The notes: generated from the letters alone by a model not told the origin. Shown: positions 43,407-53,716, numbered from the stretch's first letter. The stretch is 64,000 bases of DNA from Dehalococcoidia bacterium (GCA_034420555.1 DAOULF010000060.1:58-64057), one strand, 5' to 3'. Translations and numbers: made by a program.

Positions 43407-44012
43407 ATGTTCGTCATAGGACTCACAGGGGGCATCGGCACGGGCAAGACCCATGTGTCGAAACTTCTCCAAGAACACGGAGCGACGGTAATCAACGCCG
43501 ACACCGTAGGGCACGAGGCGTACCTGCCCCATACGGAAACATGGCGCGAGGTCGTTTCTGCGTTCGGCCAGGACATCGTTGACGACGACGAGCAGATCAA
43601 CCGCAGAAAGCTGGGGGCCATCGTGTTCAGCGACCCCGCGCACCTCCAACGCCTCAATTCCATTGTGCATCCCAGAATATATGCTATGATTCGGGATCGA
43701 ATCGAGTCCCTTAGAGCCGACGGAATAGAAGCAGTCGTGGTAGAGGCCGCGCTGCTGATAGAGGCGAAGTGGACTCCACTCGCAGATGAGGTCTGGGTCG
43801 TGACGGCTCCGCAGGAGCATGTCTTGTCCAGGCTGACGGGAAGGGGAATGTCGCGTGAACAGGCGCTCGCCAGGATAGAGTCGCAGATGCCGCAGGACGA
43901 GCGGGTTACTCACGCCGACGTAATCATCGAAAACGCTTCGGGAATCTATGAGCTCGAGTCTTCGGTTGCGGAGACCTGGAATTCGAGAGTTTCCGCGCGA
44001 ATAGAAGGATAG
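43407..44012 (+). CDS. coaE: Dephospho-CoA kinase
   Basis: From ATG 43407: [37 protein letters not shown]. Confidence 0.85.
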   Translation: MFVIGLTGGIGTGKTHVSKLLQEHGATVINADTVGHEAYLPHTETWREVVSAFGQDIVDDDEQINRRKLGAIVFSDPAHLQRLNSIVHPRIYAMIRDRIESLRADGIEAVVVEAALLIEAKWTPLADEVWVVTAPQEHVLSRLTGRGMSREQALARIESQMPQDERVTHADVIIENASGIYELESSVAETWNSRVSARIEG

Positions 44013-44022
44013 AAGGAGACCG

Positions 44023-44916
44023 ATGACAACACGGACGCAAACACTTTTCCGAAGCTACATAATCGAGGAGTACCATCTCACTGAAGAGCCGTACTACGTT
44101 CCCCTGGGCGATGAGGTCCAGCTGTTCGAGGCGGCTTACGCCCAGAAGATACCTCTGATCTTCAAGGGTCCGACCGGCTGCGGCAAGACGCGCTTCGTCG
44201 AGTATATGTCCTTCCGCCTGGGGCAGCCTCTCACGCGAGTGAAGCAGGTCAACGGCAGCGGAGATACGGACGACAGGGAAAACCTGCCGCTCGTGACCAT
44301 CGCGTGCCACGAAGACCTGACTGCCAGCGACCTTGTCGGCAGGTACTTGCTCGAGGGCGACCAGACTGTGTGGATTGACGGCCCGCTTACCCGCGCGGTC
44401 AAGGTCGGCGGCATCTGCTACCTCGACGAAATCGTGGAGGCGCGCAAGGACACAACCGTCCTGATTCACCCCCTGACCGACCACCGCAGGATTCTGCCCG
44501 TCGAGAAGCGCGGCGAACTGCTTGAGGCCGCCGAGGGCTTCCTGCTGGTGTTGTCCTACAATCCCGGTTACCAGAGCGCGCTGAAGGACCTCAAGCACAG
44601 CACGCGCCAGAGGTTCGTATCCATAGAGTTCGACTACCCGCCACGCGACACCGAGGCTGAAATCATAGCCCACGAGTCCGGGGCCGACAGTGAGACGGCG
44701 CTCCAGCTTGCCAAGCTGGGCGAGAAGATACGCAACCTGAAGGAACACGGCCTGGCCGAGGGCGCGAGCACTCGCCTGCTCATATACGCGGGCCAGCTCA
44801 TCTCGCAGGGCGTTTCGCCCCGCCGAGCCTGCCAGGTCGCCGTGAACTGGTCGGTTACCGACGACTTCAACATCCAGCGCAGCATAGAGGAACTCACCAC
44901 TTCGATATTCGAATAG
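44023..44916 (+). CDS. CbbQ/NirQ/NorQ/GpvN-family MoxR-like AAA+ ATPase
   Basis: 297 aa. It has Walker A ([18 protein letters not shown]) and Walker B ([10 protein letters not shown]). Size and sequence are typical of CbbQ/NorQ. Confidence 0.8.
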   Translation: MTTRTQTLFRSYIIEEYHLTEEPYYVPLGDEVQLFEAAYAQKIPLIFKGPTGCGKTRFVEYMSFRLGQPLTRVKQVNGSGDTDDRENLPLVTIACHEDLTASDLVGRYLLEGDQTVWIDGPLTRAVKVGGICYLDEIVEARKDTTVLIHPLTDHRRILPVEKRGELLEAAEGFLLVLSYNPGYQSALKDLKHSTRQRFVSIEFDYPPRDTEAEIIAHESGADSETALQLAKLGEKIRNLKEHGLAEGASTRLLIYAGQLISQGVSPRRACQVAVNWSVTDDFNIQRSIEELTTSIFE

Positions 44917-44918
44917 TC

Positions 44919-44995
44919 ATTCACCCTCACCCTGGCCCTCTCCCATCGAGGGAGAGGGGAGACGGGGCGCCCACAAGGGACGCCGCTACGGGAGT
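44919..44995 (+). repeat. REP-like hairpin element (CCCTCTCCC/GGGAGAGGG type)
   Basis: cattcaccctcaccctggccctctcccatcgagggagaggggagacggggcgcccacaagggacgcc. Confidence 0.65.
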
Positions 44996-45019
44996 CGGTA
45001 TGGGGAATGAGGGCCTGGT

Positions 45020-45595
45020 TTGGGCTTAGATTTCATACACAGCGCCAAGCGCGTTCTCGAGAAGCGAAAGACGGCGACGGCGGAAGACCACAGTATGTCT
45101 CCCGCCGCCGTCCTCCTCGCGCTGTATCCGGTTGACGGCGACCTGCGAGTAGTTCTCCAGAAGCGTTCCCAGCACGTTGAGCACCACAAAGGGGAGATTT
45201 CATTCCCCGGCGGGATGGTTGACGAAGACGATCAGTCCCGCCTGGAGACGGCGCTGCGGGAGGCCGACGAGGAGATGGGAATCCGTCCCGAGGATGTCCA
45301 GGTGCTAGGTCGCCTGGACGATACTCCGACAATCTCGGACTTTATGATCTCGGCGTTCGTCGGTACGATCCCTTACCCATACACATTCACGCCTTCCGAG
45401 GTCGAGGTGGCCGAGGTACTGCTGGTTCCCGTATCTCATCTGAGGAAGCCCACTTCTTTCAGGGATGACGTCAGGTTGAAGGACGGCGAATTTCACAGGA
45501 TGCCCATCTACGTGTATGACGGCCATGTAATTTTCGGAGCGACGGCGAGGATACTGGAACAATTCTTGAGTCTGACAAAAGACGCGCCCTTGTAA
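45020..45595 (+). CDS. NUDIX hydrolase, CoA pyrophosphatase-like
   Basis: VVLQKRSQHVEHHKGEISFPGGMVDEDDQSRLETALREADEEMGI shows the Nudix box preceded by the CoA-pyrophosphatase-type motif. The start may be ATG 45095. Confidence 0.75.
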   Translation: MGLDFIHSAKRVLEKRKTATAEDHSMSPAAVLLALYPVDGDLRVVLQKRSQHVEHHKGEISFPGGMVDEDDQSRLETALREADEEMGIRPEDVQVLGRLDDTPTISDFMISAFVGTIPYPYTFTPSEVEVAEVLLVPVSHLRKPTSFRDDVRLKDGEFHRMPIYVYDGHVIFGATARILEQFLSLTKDAPL

Positions 45596-45604
45596 GGAGG
45601 CCCC

Positions 45605-48600
45605 GTGGTTAAAGAGCAACTGCCAACACTAGAAGAGCTCAGGGCTGAATTCAAGAGATTCCCGGCGCCGGTCGTCGAGGAGTTCGACAAGGCTCGCGCC
45701 GTGATGCCCAAGACCATGGAAGAGGGCAACGTCCTTCTCTGGGGCCAGGCGGGATTGAAGATCGCGGACCAGACGGTGCGCTCATGGGAAGCCGCGGCTC
45801 AGTATTTCAAGGTTAGCCCCAAAGTCGTAGCCTATATGCCGTTCAACTACTTCATGAAGTGGACGGACTGCGGATCGGACCTGTGCAGGGAGTCTCCCAC
45901 ACTCGCGGCTGCCTACTTCGACGCATCGCCCGCCGCGATGGGCAAGCTCCGCTCCCGCCACATAGAGAGCTGGGCCGCTCTGGGCGGCAGCCTCTACAAG
46001 GGCACCTGGAAGTCGAGTACGCTCGCCTGCAAGTTCTTCACTTACAGCCCCGCGCTGATGGACAGCCTGACGTTCCCGGAACTTGAGAGATTCGTCGCTT
46101 TCCTCGATGCGCTGTCTCACAGGTCTTACGACCTGGCCTCCGAATGCCTGTCGCTCGGCACGCAGATATTCCCGCTGATAGGGGAGGACAAGACGGCGTT
46201 CATAACCCTTGCCTCGGCATTGGTGGAATCCGGATGGCGAGAGGTCAAGAGTTTCTTCGACGCAGGCGCCAAGGCCCTGCCGAAGATAGACCCCCAGGAG
46301 CGTTTCAGATTCCTGAGAATCGCCGAGGAACTGGTGCACAAGGGCGGCTCCAATATACCCGGAGTCATGCTGGAAACGTCCCAGGCTTTCGCCCAGATTG
46401 ACCCGGACCTGCATTCCAGAATTCTGAACCTGTCCGAAACGCTGATAAAGGAGTCGCCTGACGCGGTACCCGAGTTCATCAAGTCCTCGGCCCAGGTTAT
46501 GGACCGGCTCTCGATGAACCAGTTGGACAGGTGGTACGAGGAGGGAGTGAATCTGCTTCGCCAGAACCCGGATGGCGGACTGGCGTACTTCAAGATCGAA
46601 TCGGCGCACTCTGAAGAGATGCTCGAAGCCCTCTCCTCCGGCGTGGAATTCGACCGGATCAAGGCGATTATGGAGATGTACTGCCGAGGTCTGGCTGGAG
46701 AGGAGATCAAGCTCGCTTCCTCGCCCGAACTGGTGGACAGGAACATCGGCTGGGTGTCGGCGGAATCTCCGACCACCGAAGGCTCCACGGTCTTCGTGCC
46801 GGACATAGTTGACCGCTACCACACGAAGGACGAGAACTTCTCCTGGTTCAAGGTGGTTTCCACCCACCAGGTGGCGCACCTGGAGTTCGGCAGCTTCTTC
46901 TTTGAGTTCGACACGCCGTCGGCGCTCTTCGAGGACCGTCGGAACGAAGTCGAGCAGCAGAAGATATCCGAGACCGGTCCCACCAACGGAAATGTCGCGG
47001 ACATGGACTTGTCCGGCGAGGGCCTGGAACGTGGCTGGATTACCGATATGCAGCGGTTCTTCAACCTGTTCGAGGACCGCCAGCTCGCGCTGGACGTCTT
47101 CACCGTCGTCGAGGACGGCAGACTCGACTTCCGCGTCAAGTACGAATACCCGGGCATTAAGTCGGCCTACGCCCGCGTCCAGATGGACTCGTCCGAGGGC
47201 AGGCCGGAGATAACCGAAATGCCCGCGCGTGAGGCCATGGTGGAATTCCTGGTGAGGCTGAGTCTCCAGCAGTACCGCGAGATTCCCGCTCCACACGACT
47301 ACGTTGAACAGGCAAAGCAGATAACCTCTATCGCGCGCCAGATCCTGAATCCCGAGGCCACGGTGGAGGACACCGCGGAAGCAACTCTTCGCATCTACGC
47401 GATCATCACCTCTATTCCCAACGAGGAAGTCCCGCCCGAGGACTGGGACGACGTTGACACCGAGGAAGACCAGGAAGAGGAATACTCCGACCCAGACGAT
47501 ATGCAGGACCTTCTCCAGCAGATGGCTATGGGCATGGACATGGAGTTCCGCCCGGACAGCGAACAGGAATACGAGTCCTCCGAGGAGGTTGACTACCGGG
47601 GAGACTTCAAGCCCGAGCTCGTACAGCTTCTGACACAGCTTCGTATGCAGCAGCAGGACAATGCCGGAGAGTCCACTGGCGAACCCATCACCCAGGAACA
47701 GCTTGAGGAGCTGCTTCAGAACAGCGCGGAGCTTGACCTGGAGGCCGTCGAGGGCGACTTGCAGGATACCCAGGGAATGTTCGCGGACAACCTGCTCAAG
47801 GAAGCGGGTATGCAGTTGCCGGACAACCCTGAATTCAGCAATGGCCCATTCGTGCATATAGACGAGGACGGCGACTCCCTGGAAGCCAACGAGCCGCAGA
47901 CATTCGTGTATGACGAGTGGGACTTCAGGGCGGGCGACTACAAGCCGAGGTGGTGTATAGTCCGGCAGAAGATGATGGCCGAGGGCGATCCGAACTTCTT
48001 CGGCGGGACGCTGCACAGCTATGGCGGCCTGGTGTCGCGCATCCGGCGCCAGTTCGAGCTCATGGTGCCGGAGACTTTCCGCAGGGTGCGAAAGCTGGAA
48101 GACGGTGAAGAAATAGACATAGACGACGTAATCGAAGCCATAGTGGACATGAAGACGGGCGCAAGTCCGTCCGATAAGTTCTACTGGCGCAGAAACAAGG
48201 TCCAGCGCGAGGTGGCAGCGGCCTTCCTCATAGATACGAGCGCCTCCACCGCCGAGGCGATAGACGAGGGCAAGCGCACCGCGGACGACTGGGACGCCCC
48301 GGACGATCCGGTCGAGTACATGGTCTGGCTGAGAACCCGCAGAGGCGAAGCGGCCCGCAGGTCTTACAAGCGCATCATTGACGTCGAGAAAGAGGCTATT
48401 GTCCTGATCGTCAACGCGCTGGAGGCCATTGGCGATATATACGGCATATACGGCTTCTCAGGCTACGGGCGCGAGAACGTCGAATACTACACGATCAAGG
48501 ATTTGGACGAGACCTTCTCGGACCGCGTCAAGCGGCGCATTGACCGCGTAGCCCCGCTGCACGCCACGAGGATGGGGCCTGCCATCCGCCATACTACCTC

Positions 48601-48895
48601 CAAGCTGGAGATGGCGGACGCGCGCACCAAGATACTATTCCTGGTGAGCGACGGGCGTCCTCAGGACCGTGGATACAGCCGCGAGGGCGTGGAGAAGGAG
48701 TATGCCGTCCACGACACCCGCATGGCGCTCGAAGAGGCGCGCAGAAAGGACATCAACGCCTTCTGCCTGACCGTGGACAAGAACGGCCACGACTACCTCA
48801 AGACGATGTGCGCCGACATGGGCTACGAAGTCCTGGACAACATATACGACCTGCCGGAGCGTCTGCTGTACCTGTACAGGCGGCTGACGATGTAG
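45605..48895 (+). CDS. Large CbbO/NorD-like protein with C-terminal von Willebrand factor A domain
   Basis: 1096 aa. The C-terminal VWA domain has MIDAS (AAAFLIDTSASTAE) and LFLVSDGRPQD. It has a long helical N-terminal region and an acidic low-complexity linker (EEVPPEDWDDVDTEEDQEEEYSDPDD). It is the genomic partner of the CbbQ/NorQ ATPase. Confidence 0.7.
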   Translation: MVKEQLPTLEELRAEFKRFPAPVVEEFDKARAVMPKTMEEGNVLLWGQAGLKIADQTVRSWEAAAQYFKVSPKVVAYMPFNYFMKWTDCGSDLCRESPTLAAAYFDASPAAMGKLRSRHIESWAALGGSLYKGTWKSSTLACKFFTYSPALMDSLTFPELERFVAFLDALSHRSYDLASECLSLGTQIFPLIGEDKTAFITLASALVESGWREVKSFFDAGAKALPKIDPQERFRFLRIAEELVHKGGSNIPGVMLETSQAFAQIDPDLHSRILNLSETLIKESPDAVPEFIKSSAQVMDRLSMNQLDRWYEEGVNLLRQNPDGGLAYFKIESAHSEEMLEALSSGVEFDRIKAIMEMYCRGLAGEEIKLASSPELVDRNIGWVSAESPTTEGSTVFVPDIVDRYHTKDENFSWFKVVSTHQVAHLEFGSFFFEFDTPSALFEDRRNEVEQQKISETGPTNGNVADMDLSGEGLERGWITDMQRFFNLFEDRQLALDVFTVVEDGRLDFRVKYEYPGIKSAYARVQMDSSEGRPEITEMPAREAMVEFLVRLSLQQYREIPAPHDYVEQAKQITSIARQILNPEATVEDTAEATLRIYAIITSIPNEEVPPEDWDDVDTEEDQEEEYSDPDDMQDLLQQMAMGMDMEFRPDSEQEYESSEEVDYRGDFKPELVQLLTQLRMQQQDNAGESTGEPITQEQLEELLQNSAELDLEAVEGDLQDTQGMFADNLLKEAGMQLPDNPEFSNGPFVHIDEDGDSLEANEPQTFVYDEWDFRAGDYKPRWCIVRQKMMAEGDPNFFGGTLHSYGGLVSRIRRQFELMVPETFRRVRKLEDGEEIDIDDVIEAIVDMKTGASPSDKFYWRRNKVQREVAAAFLIDTSASTAEAIDEGKRTADDWDAPDDPVEYMVWLRTRRGEAARRSYKRIIDVEKEAIVLIVNALEAIGDIYGIYGFSGYGRENVEYYTIKDLDETFSDRVKRRIDRVAPLHATRMGPAIRHTTSKLEMADARTKILFLVSDGRPQDRGYSREGVEKEYAVHDTRMALEEARRKDINAFCLTVDKNGHDYLKTMCADMGYEVLDNIYDLPERLLYLYRRLTM

Positions 48896-49050
48896 GGCGC
48901 TTGCAAGTTGAGGTTTTGCGGCTACGCTGACACTGCTGACTCAAAGGTGATGCGTAAACGAGTTCCGGCGCTTTGCGCGATCTTATGAAGTGCCTTTGTG
49001 GAAGGGTGGTGAAGCGTGGCCGCTTTCTATTCGTAATTCTCGCTACTCTG

Positions 49051-49521
49051 TCAGGAACCATTCCGGCGTTGCTCATCACGTAGCCGCGCCATGACGTCCG
49101 CAGGCAGGGACACGCCGGATTCTTCCAGGAGTGTCCTTACAAGCTCGATTGTCTCTTCTCGACCTTCGTGCAGACCTTCCTGCCGTCCCGCTTGGATCCC
49201 TTCCTGTCGGCCTTCTTGCCGGCCTTTCTGCCACCAATCATCACGAATCTGCTTCAACTTAGCTTCTCGGATTGCCTTTCCTGTCTCGAACATTCTTCTC
49301 CCCCAGTCGAATAGCGCGCCCAGCGGCACTACGAACGCCCAGTATATCTGAACCACAGCGGTTCGGAAGGCTTCGTACAGCCAGAAATCCGAACCCGAGA
49401 ACAGTTCCAAGATTGCTACGCTGGTCAGCGCAACGAGCGTGAACCCAGCAGCCTGCCAGCCTATTCCACGGTCTGAAAGCCCGCGAGAAGTACCTGATGA
49501 ATTCATTATATCACCTTGCAT
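49051..49521 (-). CDS. Membrane protein with (R/Q)EG repeat and DUF4351-like C-terminal tail
   Basis: 156 aa with two or three TM segments, then WWQKGRQEGRQEGIQAGRQEGLHEGREETIELVRTLLEESGVSLPADVMARL. That tail resembles the C-terminal segment of Rpn/YhgA-like proteins. Confidence 0.5.
   Translation of the reverse strand: MQGDIMNSSGTSRGLSDRGIGWQAAGFTLVALTSVAILELFSGSDFWLYEAFRTAVVQIYWAFVVPLGALFDWGRRMFETGKAIREAKLKQIRDDWWQKGRQEGRQEGIQAGRQEGLHEGREETIELVRTLLEESGVSLPADVMARLRDEQRRNGS
49175..49234. repeat. Imperfect 12-bp tandem repeat (5 units) encoding the (R/Q)EG repeat
   Basis: The units are ccttcctgccgt / cccgcttggatc / ccttcctgtcgg / ccttcttgccgg / cctttctgccac. Confidence 0.7.
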
Positions 49522-49539
49522 GACAGCGTGGCGCCGCGC

Positions 49540-50790
49540 CTAACCCCACCTCGACTCATGTCCTCCGGAACCTGTTTCGAGGCATCTGGCGAGTTCCAAG
49601 AGCGCGTGGGTTACGGCGCGCTCTCGAATACGCAGGCGACGGGTGGGGTAGTGGCCGGAACGAACGAATACCTCGTCGCTTGTCGCTACGCCTATATGCG
49701 TGGTCCCGACGGGGCCGGAGTCCGCGGTCTCCTGGGACACCAGCGGCGTCATGGCGAGACCGACGTCCGCGCCGAGCCTGTCCCTGGCTGAAAGGGCCAA
49801 GTTGGAAGCATCTTTGGGCTGTGGGCTATCTGGGTCGGCAACCGACATGCCCAGTATGAGCCTGTCCGAGGCGCCGCCGGTAACGACTACGCTTCCTGCC
49901 AGGACACCGGAAGCGGACGCCGATTCCAGCAGAGCGCTGGACAGCAGCCCGCCGGTGAATCCCTCGGCGATAGCCAGTGTCAGATTCTTCTCTGAAAGAG
50001 CGTCCAACGCCGCCGACACCGGAGTGTCGTCGTCTTCGCCCCAGATAGCGTGGCCTGCTATCTTCCTTATCTCGCGCTCCATTGGCCGGATGAGGGCCTG
50101 GGCCTCTTCCTGCGTGGACGCGCTGGCAATGGCGCGCAGATGTATTCCGTCCTGCTTGGAATAGATGCCCAGATTGGGATTGTCGCTTTCGAAGAGAGGG
50201 GACAGCATTTCGTCCAGCCCTCCCTCAGTGATGCCAAAGGTCTTCAGAGTGCGTGTGACTATTGCGATTTCAGGGTTGAGCGAGCGCAGGCGGGGGCCGA
50301 CTTCGTTGTCCCACATGTGGCTGATTTCCCTTGGAGGGCCGGGCATTGCCGCGATGACGTGACCGTTCTTCTCCACCCACCATCCCGGCGCGGTCCCCAT
50401 CGGGTTGGGGATGACCTTCGCGGATGGGATCAGGGTCGCCTGCTTGATGTTCGTGGCGGGCATCTTGACCCCGCGGCTCTCGAACTGGGACGTGAGGTGC
50501 GCCAGCAGGTCATCCTGAACCTCCATCTCTTCTCCCAGAACCGCGGCTATGGACTCCCTTGTAAGGTCGTCGGATGTCGGCCCAAGCCCTCCGGTGGTTA
50601 TCGTGATTTCCGACCTGTCTAATGCGCGCGCAATAGCCTCTTCAAGCCGTCCCGGATGGTCGCCGACCTTCGTAGCCCAGCGCAGATCAACGCCTATCTT
50701 GGCTAGTTCGTCGGCGAGGTAAGAAGAGTTAGTGTCCACTATCTCGCCCATGAGCAGTTCGGTTCCGACGGAAATTATCTCAGCGTTCAA
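49540..50790 (-). CDS. cinA: CinA-family competence/damage-inducible protein (MoCF-binding + nicotinamide-nucleotide amidase domains)
   Basis: 416 aa. It has the N-terminus MNAEIISVGTELLMGEIVDTNSSYLA, ITTGGLGPTSDDLT and a C-terminal PncC-like domain. Confidence 0.85.
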   Translation of the reverse strand: MNAEIISVGTELLMGEIVDTNSSYLADELAKIGVDLRWATKVGDHPGRLEEAIARALDRSEITITTGGLGPTSDDLTRESIAAVLGEEMEVQDDLLAHLTSQFESRGVKMPATNIKQATLIPSAKVIPNPMGTAPGWWVEKNGHVIAAMPGPPREISHMWDNEVGPRLRSLNPEIAIVTRTLKTFGITEGGLDEMLSPLFESDNPNLGIYSKQDGIHLRAIASASTQEEAQALIRPMEREIRKIAGHAIWGEDDDTPVSAALDALSEKNLTLAIAEGFTGGLLSSALLESASASGVLAGSVVVTGGASDRLILGMSVADPDSPQPKDASNLALSARDRLGADVGLAMTPLVSQETADSGPVGTTHIGVATSDEVFVRSGHYPTRRLRIRERAVTHALLELARCLETGSGGHESRWG

Positions 50791-50930
50791 TGAAGGAGAC
50801 CTCGTGTGTGCCCTGAAACGTGGCGGGATTAACCAACGCGGGCGTTATTTGAGGCACAAGTATATCCCGTCTTGGCGTAGCGTGAAAGACGAGTGAGAAG
50901 GGGAGAAATTTGCGCAAGGCAGTCTCCGGG

Positions 50931-50968
50931 CCTCCCCACCCCTGGATTCCCGCTTTCGCGGGAATGAC
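50931..50968 (+). repeat. REP-like hairpin (GGATTCCCGC-tttc-GCGGGAATGAC type with CCCCACCCCT prefix)
   Basis: cctccccacccctggattcccgctttcgcgggaatgac. Confidence 0.65.
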
Positions 50969-51013
50969 GAATAAGCGGGGCAGGGGACTTTTGCAATCGT
51001 CTTAGAAGGGCGA

Positions 51014-52048
51014 CTATCCCGACTGCGCCGCCGCGTCCGCGTATGGAACGTTGTCAACGAGGTCGAACAGCGTGTCGGCCCACTCGACATCTATCAGAAT
51101 TATCGGAACAAGAGTCTGATCGGAAGCCGGGACGGCGTAGTAGTGTTTGCCGTCCTCCGTCTTGTTGCCGATCAGGAAGAGGACGCCATCCACGAACCTC
51201 GTGCCTCGATCCGTCAGCCCCGAAAAGCGTATCTCTATCGAGAGGCCCTCCTGGTCTATGCCCCAGTCCACGTAGTCGCGGTCTCGCACCCGATACTCAG
51301 CGACCTGGATATTCCCCGGCCCGCCTATGATGGGGATATACTCGGACGTCCACACCTCTTCGTCCAGGGGCCGGTTATCGCTGTCGTTGCTGAAGTTCCG
51401 CGCGAACCACTCTCCGTCTTTCTGCTGAATTCGCAGGTATGGAGGGTCCATCTTGCCGGGTGTGCCAAGGACGATGTTGACCTCGGCGATAGTCTCGGGG
51501 TCGCGTACTTCCCACCACTTTGGAACGGGGGGCTCGTTTGCCAGCCTGCCAAGCACGTCTCCCCAGATGTCGGCTATCAGGAACAACTGGGGGAATCCAA
51601 TGACCTGGCCGTAGTTGTGATTTCCATCCGTCGTCTTGTCCCCAAGACGGAATTCAAGCTCCCGATCCCCGGTCAGGCCAAGATTCACGATAAGCCCAGG
51701 ATCGTCCAGACCGTACTGCGCGGGGTCCTCGATGACGGGTCGGACAGTTGAAAAGTCGCGTCTGGTCTGCGGGCCGCTGACCAGGAGGACGATACCCCCC
51801 CAGCGTAGGTGAGACGGAGGAATTCCTTCCAGCCTGTCGAACACCCAGGACCCTTCCCCGATCTTGGTGAAGCTCTCCACGTTGTCGCCCGACTGAACAT
51901 TGATATGAATGATGTCGTCGAAGCTGACCTGGTAGAACCACGGGTCCTTGGGTGGTCTCTCTTCCTCACCCGCGAAGGGATTGAAATAAACGACCGCCCC
52001 AATCGCGACCGCGACTACTACCAGCGCTGCGGTAAATTTCCAGTTCAT
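51014..52048 (-). CDS. DUF4340-domain protein (accessory to GldG-type ABC system)
   Basis: 344 aa with an N-terminal TM anchor (FTAALVVVAVAIGAVVYF). It sits immediately downstream of the GldG-like gene, as is typical for DUF4340. Confidence 0.65.
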   Translation of the reverse strand: MNWKFTAALVVVAVAIGAVVYFNPFAGEEERPPKDPWFYQVSFDDIIHINVQSGDNVESFTKIGEGSWVFDRLEGIPPSHLRWGGIVLLVSGPQTRRDFSTVRPVIEDPAQYGLDDPGLIVNLGLTGDRELEFRLGDKTTDGNHNYGQVIGFPQLFLIADIWGDVLGRLANEPPVPKWWEVRDPETIAEVNIVLGTPGKMDPPYLRIQQKDGEWFARNFSNDSDNRPLDEEVWTSEYIPIIGGPGNIQVAEYRVRDRDYVDWGIDQEGLSIEIRFSGLTDRGTRFVDGVLFLIGNKTEDGKHYYAVPASDQTLVPIILIDVEWADTLFDLVDNVPYADAAAQSG

Positions 52049-52060
52049 ATCTGCCGCCTG

Positions 52061-53716
52061 TTACCGGCGCCTCCACCACACGAAGATTGCAAGTATAAGC
52101 ATGATTACGGGTGGAACGAACCAGCTCGACCACTTGATGAAGTCTCTCTCTCGCTGGTTCACCACCAACTCCCTGAAGGGAATGAGCTTCGGTCTGATTG
52201 AAATCAATTCGTAGTCTTCGGCGAGCCAGTTGACCGAGTTGAGCAGGAGGTCGGCGTTATCGCTGCTGAAGAAGAACTTGTTCTTCGCGAAGTCCGAATC
52301 TCCGAACACTACGATCTTGGCCACTGTGTCGTCCGCGGTGACCGGCTGGCCCGTCAGGGTGCCTCCCGCCTGGATGACCGCCCCGACGTCGAATGGCCCC
52401 TGGAGATCTTCCCCGGGATCGTAATTGACTTCCTCGGGATGAGTCTCGAGCCAGCTTGCCGGGGTCGTGTGAGTCAAGGATCCGTATGTCATGTAGGGCG
52501 GAATGTCCTCCATGGGTATGATGGGCTGTACCGCCGTCGCGTCGGTAAAGAACACGACATTTAGCTGGTCAACGATTGGCACGCCGGTCAGACCGCTCGA
52601 AACGAATTGCGCGTTCGACTTCTGGGCCATTGGCGACTTCGCCTCGCCCGCCACATTGCTGATCAGGTCGGCGATTGGATCCTTGCCAATGAGAAGGCCC
52701 CATTCCGCAAGTAGCTGCCGGTACGTGTCGGGAGCGTCCGGGTCGAGCAGAATTACCATCTTGCCGCCCCCTATCAGGTAGGCCATGACGGCGTCCATTT
52801 CGTCTGAATCCAGGTCGCGCTTGGGACCGGCTATGATCAGGATGGCCGCGTCTTCCGGCACCTGCCCATCCTGTTTCAGGTTCAAGGATCGGACCTCGTA
52901 ATTGTCCCTCTGCATCCCCTGAAGAGCGAAATCAAGCCCTTCCTCGTCCGTCTCGCCGGTCGCCGGGTCGCGCGTGAATGCCGCTTCCTGGTGTCCGGTG
53001 AGGAAATAGACACGCTTCTGCTGTACTCCCGTGGCTACCAGTATCCCGGTTACGAAGTCCTGCTCGGTCAGTGTGAAGACACTCTGCTGGACTTCAGTCT
53101 CCAGGTCTTCGAAGACGATCACCGGGAAGTCGCGGACGTCATACTGGACGGCTACGCTCCTGTTTAGCTCAGGGTCTATGAACCGGTATGTGAAGTTGGA
53201 ACTCCGGCGCGAAAATTCATTCAGCAGGTCTTCGGCCCCCTGCTGTTCGATTGCGGTCCTCGTATCCGTCGGAACGAAGAAAGCGTTTGCCCGGACCGGC
53301 TTATCCAGCGTTTCCAGCACCTGTACGGTCTGCTGGGAGAGGCTGAACACCCGCGTGGCAGTCACGTCAACCCTGGTCGGGCTGCGAAACAGCAGGAAGT
53401 TGATCAGTATCATTATGACGAAGAAAGCCAGCGTCATAACGGCTATGTTGGCGCCGTAACGCCCCTGTCGTCCAGCCATGAAGACCGCGATGGCGCGAGG
53501 GGACAGGACCAGGGCTATGAACAGCAGCACCAGTCCTATTATCAGGACTGAGACCGCGAAGTTCCTGAGTTCGTCCACCGTGAGGAAGACGACGATTCCG
53601 GCGACGGTGGCGATCACGCCTACGACCGCGCCGATTGCGCTCCAGAAACCCGTTGACTTGAGAGATTCTAAGAGGTCGAGGCTCAGGGCCGCTCTTCTAT
53701 CAGACTGCCTTGCCAA
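52061..53716 (-). CDS. GldG-family ABC-transporter auxiliary protein
   Basis: 551 aa with N- and C-terminal TM anchors flanking a large periplasmic ABC_transp_aux-type domain (RVYFLTGHQE...; IVVFGDSDFAKNKFF). Confidence 0.75.
   Translation of the reverse strand: MARQSDRRAALSLDLLESLKSTGFWSAIGAVVGVIATVAGIVVFLTVDELRNFAVSVLIIGLVLLFIALVLSPRAIAVFMAGRQGRYGANIAVMTLAFFVIMILINFLLFRSPTRVDVTATRVFSLSQQTVQVLETLDKPVRANAFFVPTDTRTAIEQQGAEDLLNEFSRRSSNFTYRFIDPELNRSVAVQYDVRDFPVIVFEDLETEVQQSVFTLTEQDFVTGILVATGVQQKRVYFLTGHQEAAFTRDPATGETDEEGLDFALQGMQRDNYEVRSLNLKQDGQVPEDAAILIIAGPKRDLDSDEMDAVMAYLIGGGKMVILLDPDAPDTYRQLLAEWGLLIGKDPIADLISNVAGEAKSPMAQKSNAQFVSSGLTGVPIVDQLNVVFFTDATAVQPIIPMEDIPPYMTYGSLTHTTPASWLETHPEEVNYDPGEDLQGPFDVGAVIQAGGTLTGQPVTADDTVAKIVVFGDSDFAKNKFFFSSDNADLLLNSVNWLAEDYELISIRPKLIPFRELVVNQRERDFIKWSSWFVPPVIMLILAIFVWWRRR

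Noticed and set aside
45782-48016. 744-aa ORF on the minus strand
   Set aside because: It is antisense to the 1096-aa VWA gene. Its Arg/Val/His/Leu/Gly-rich composition is typical of shadow ORFs in high-GC DNA, it has no recognisable motifs, and the plus-strand product has clear VWA/MIDAS features.
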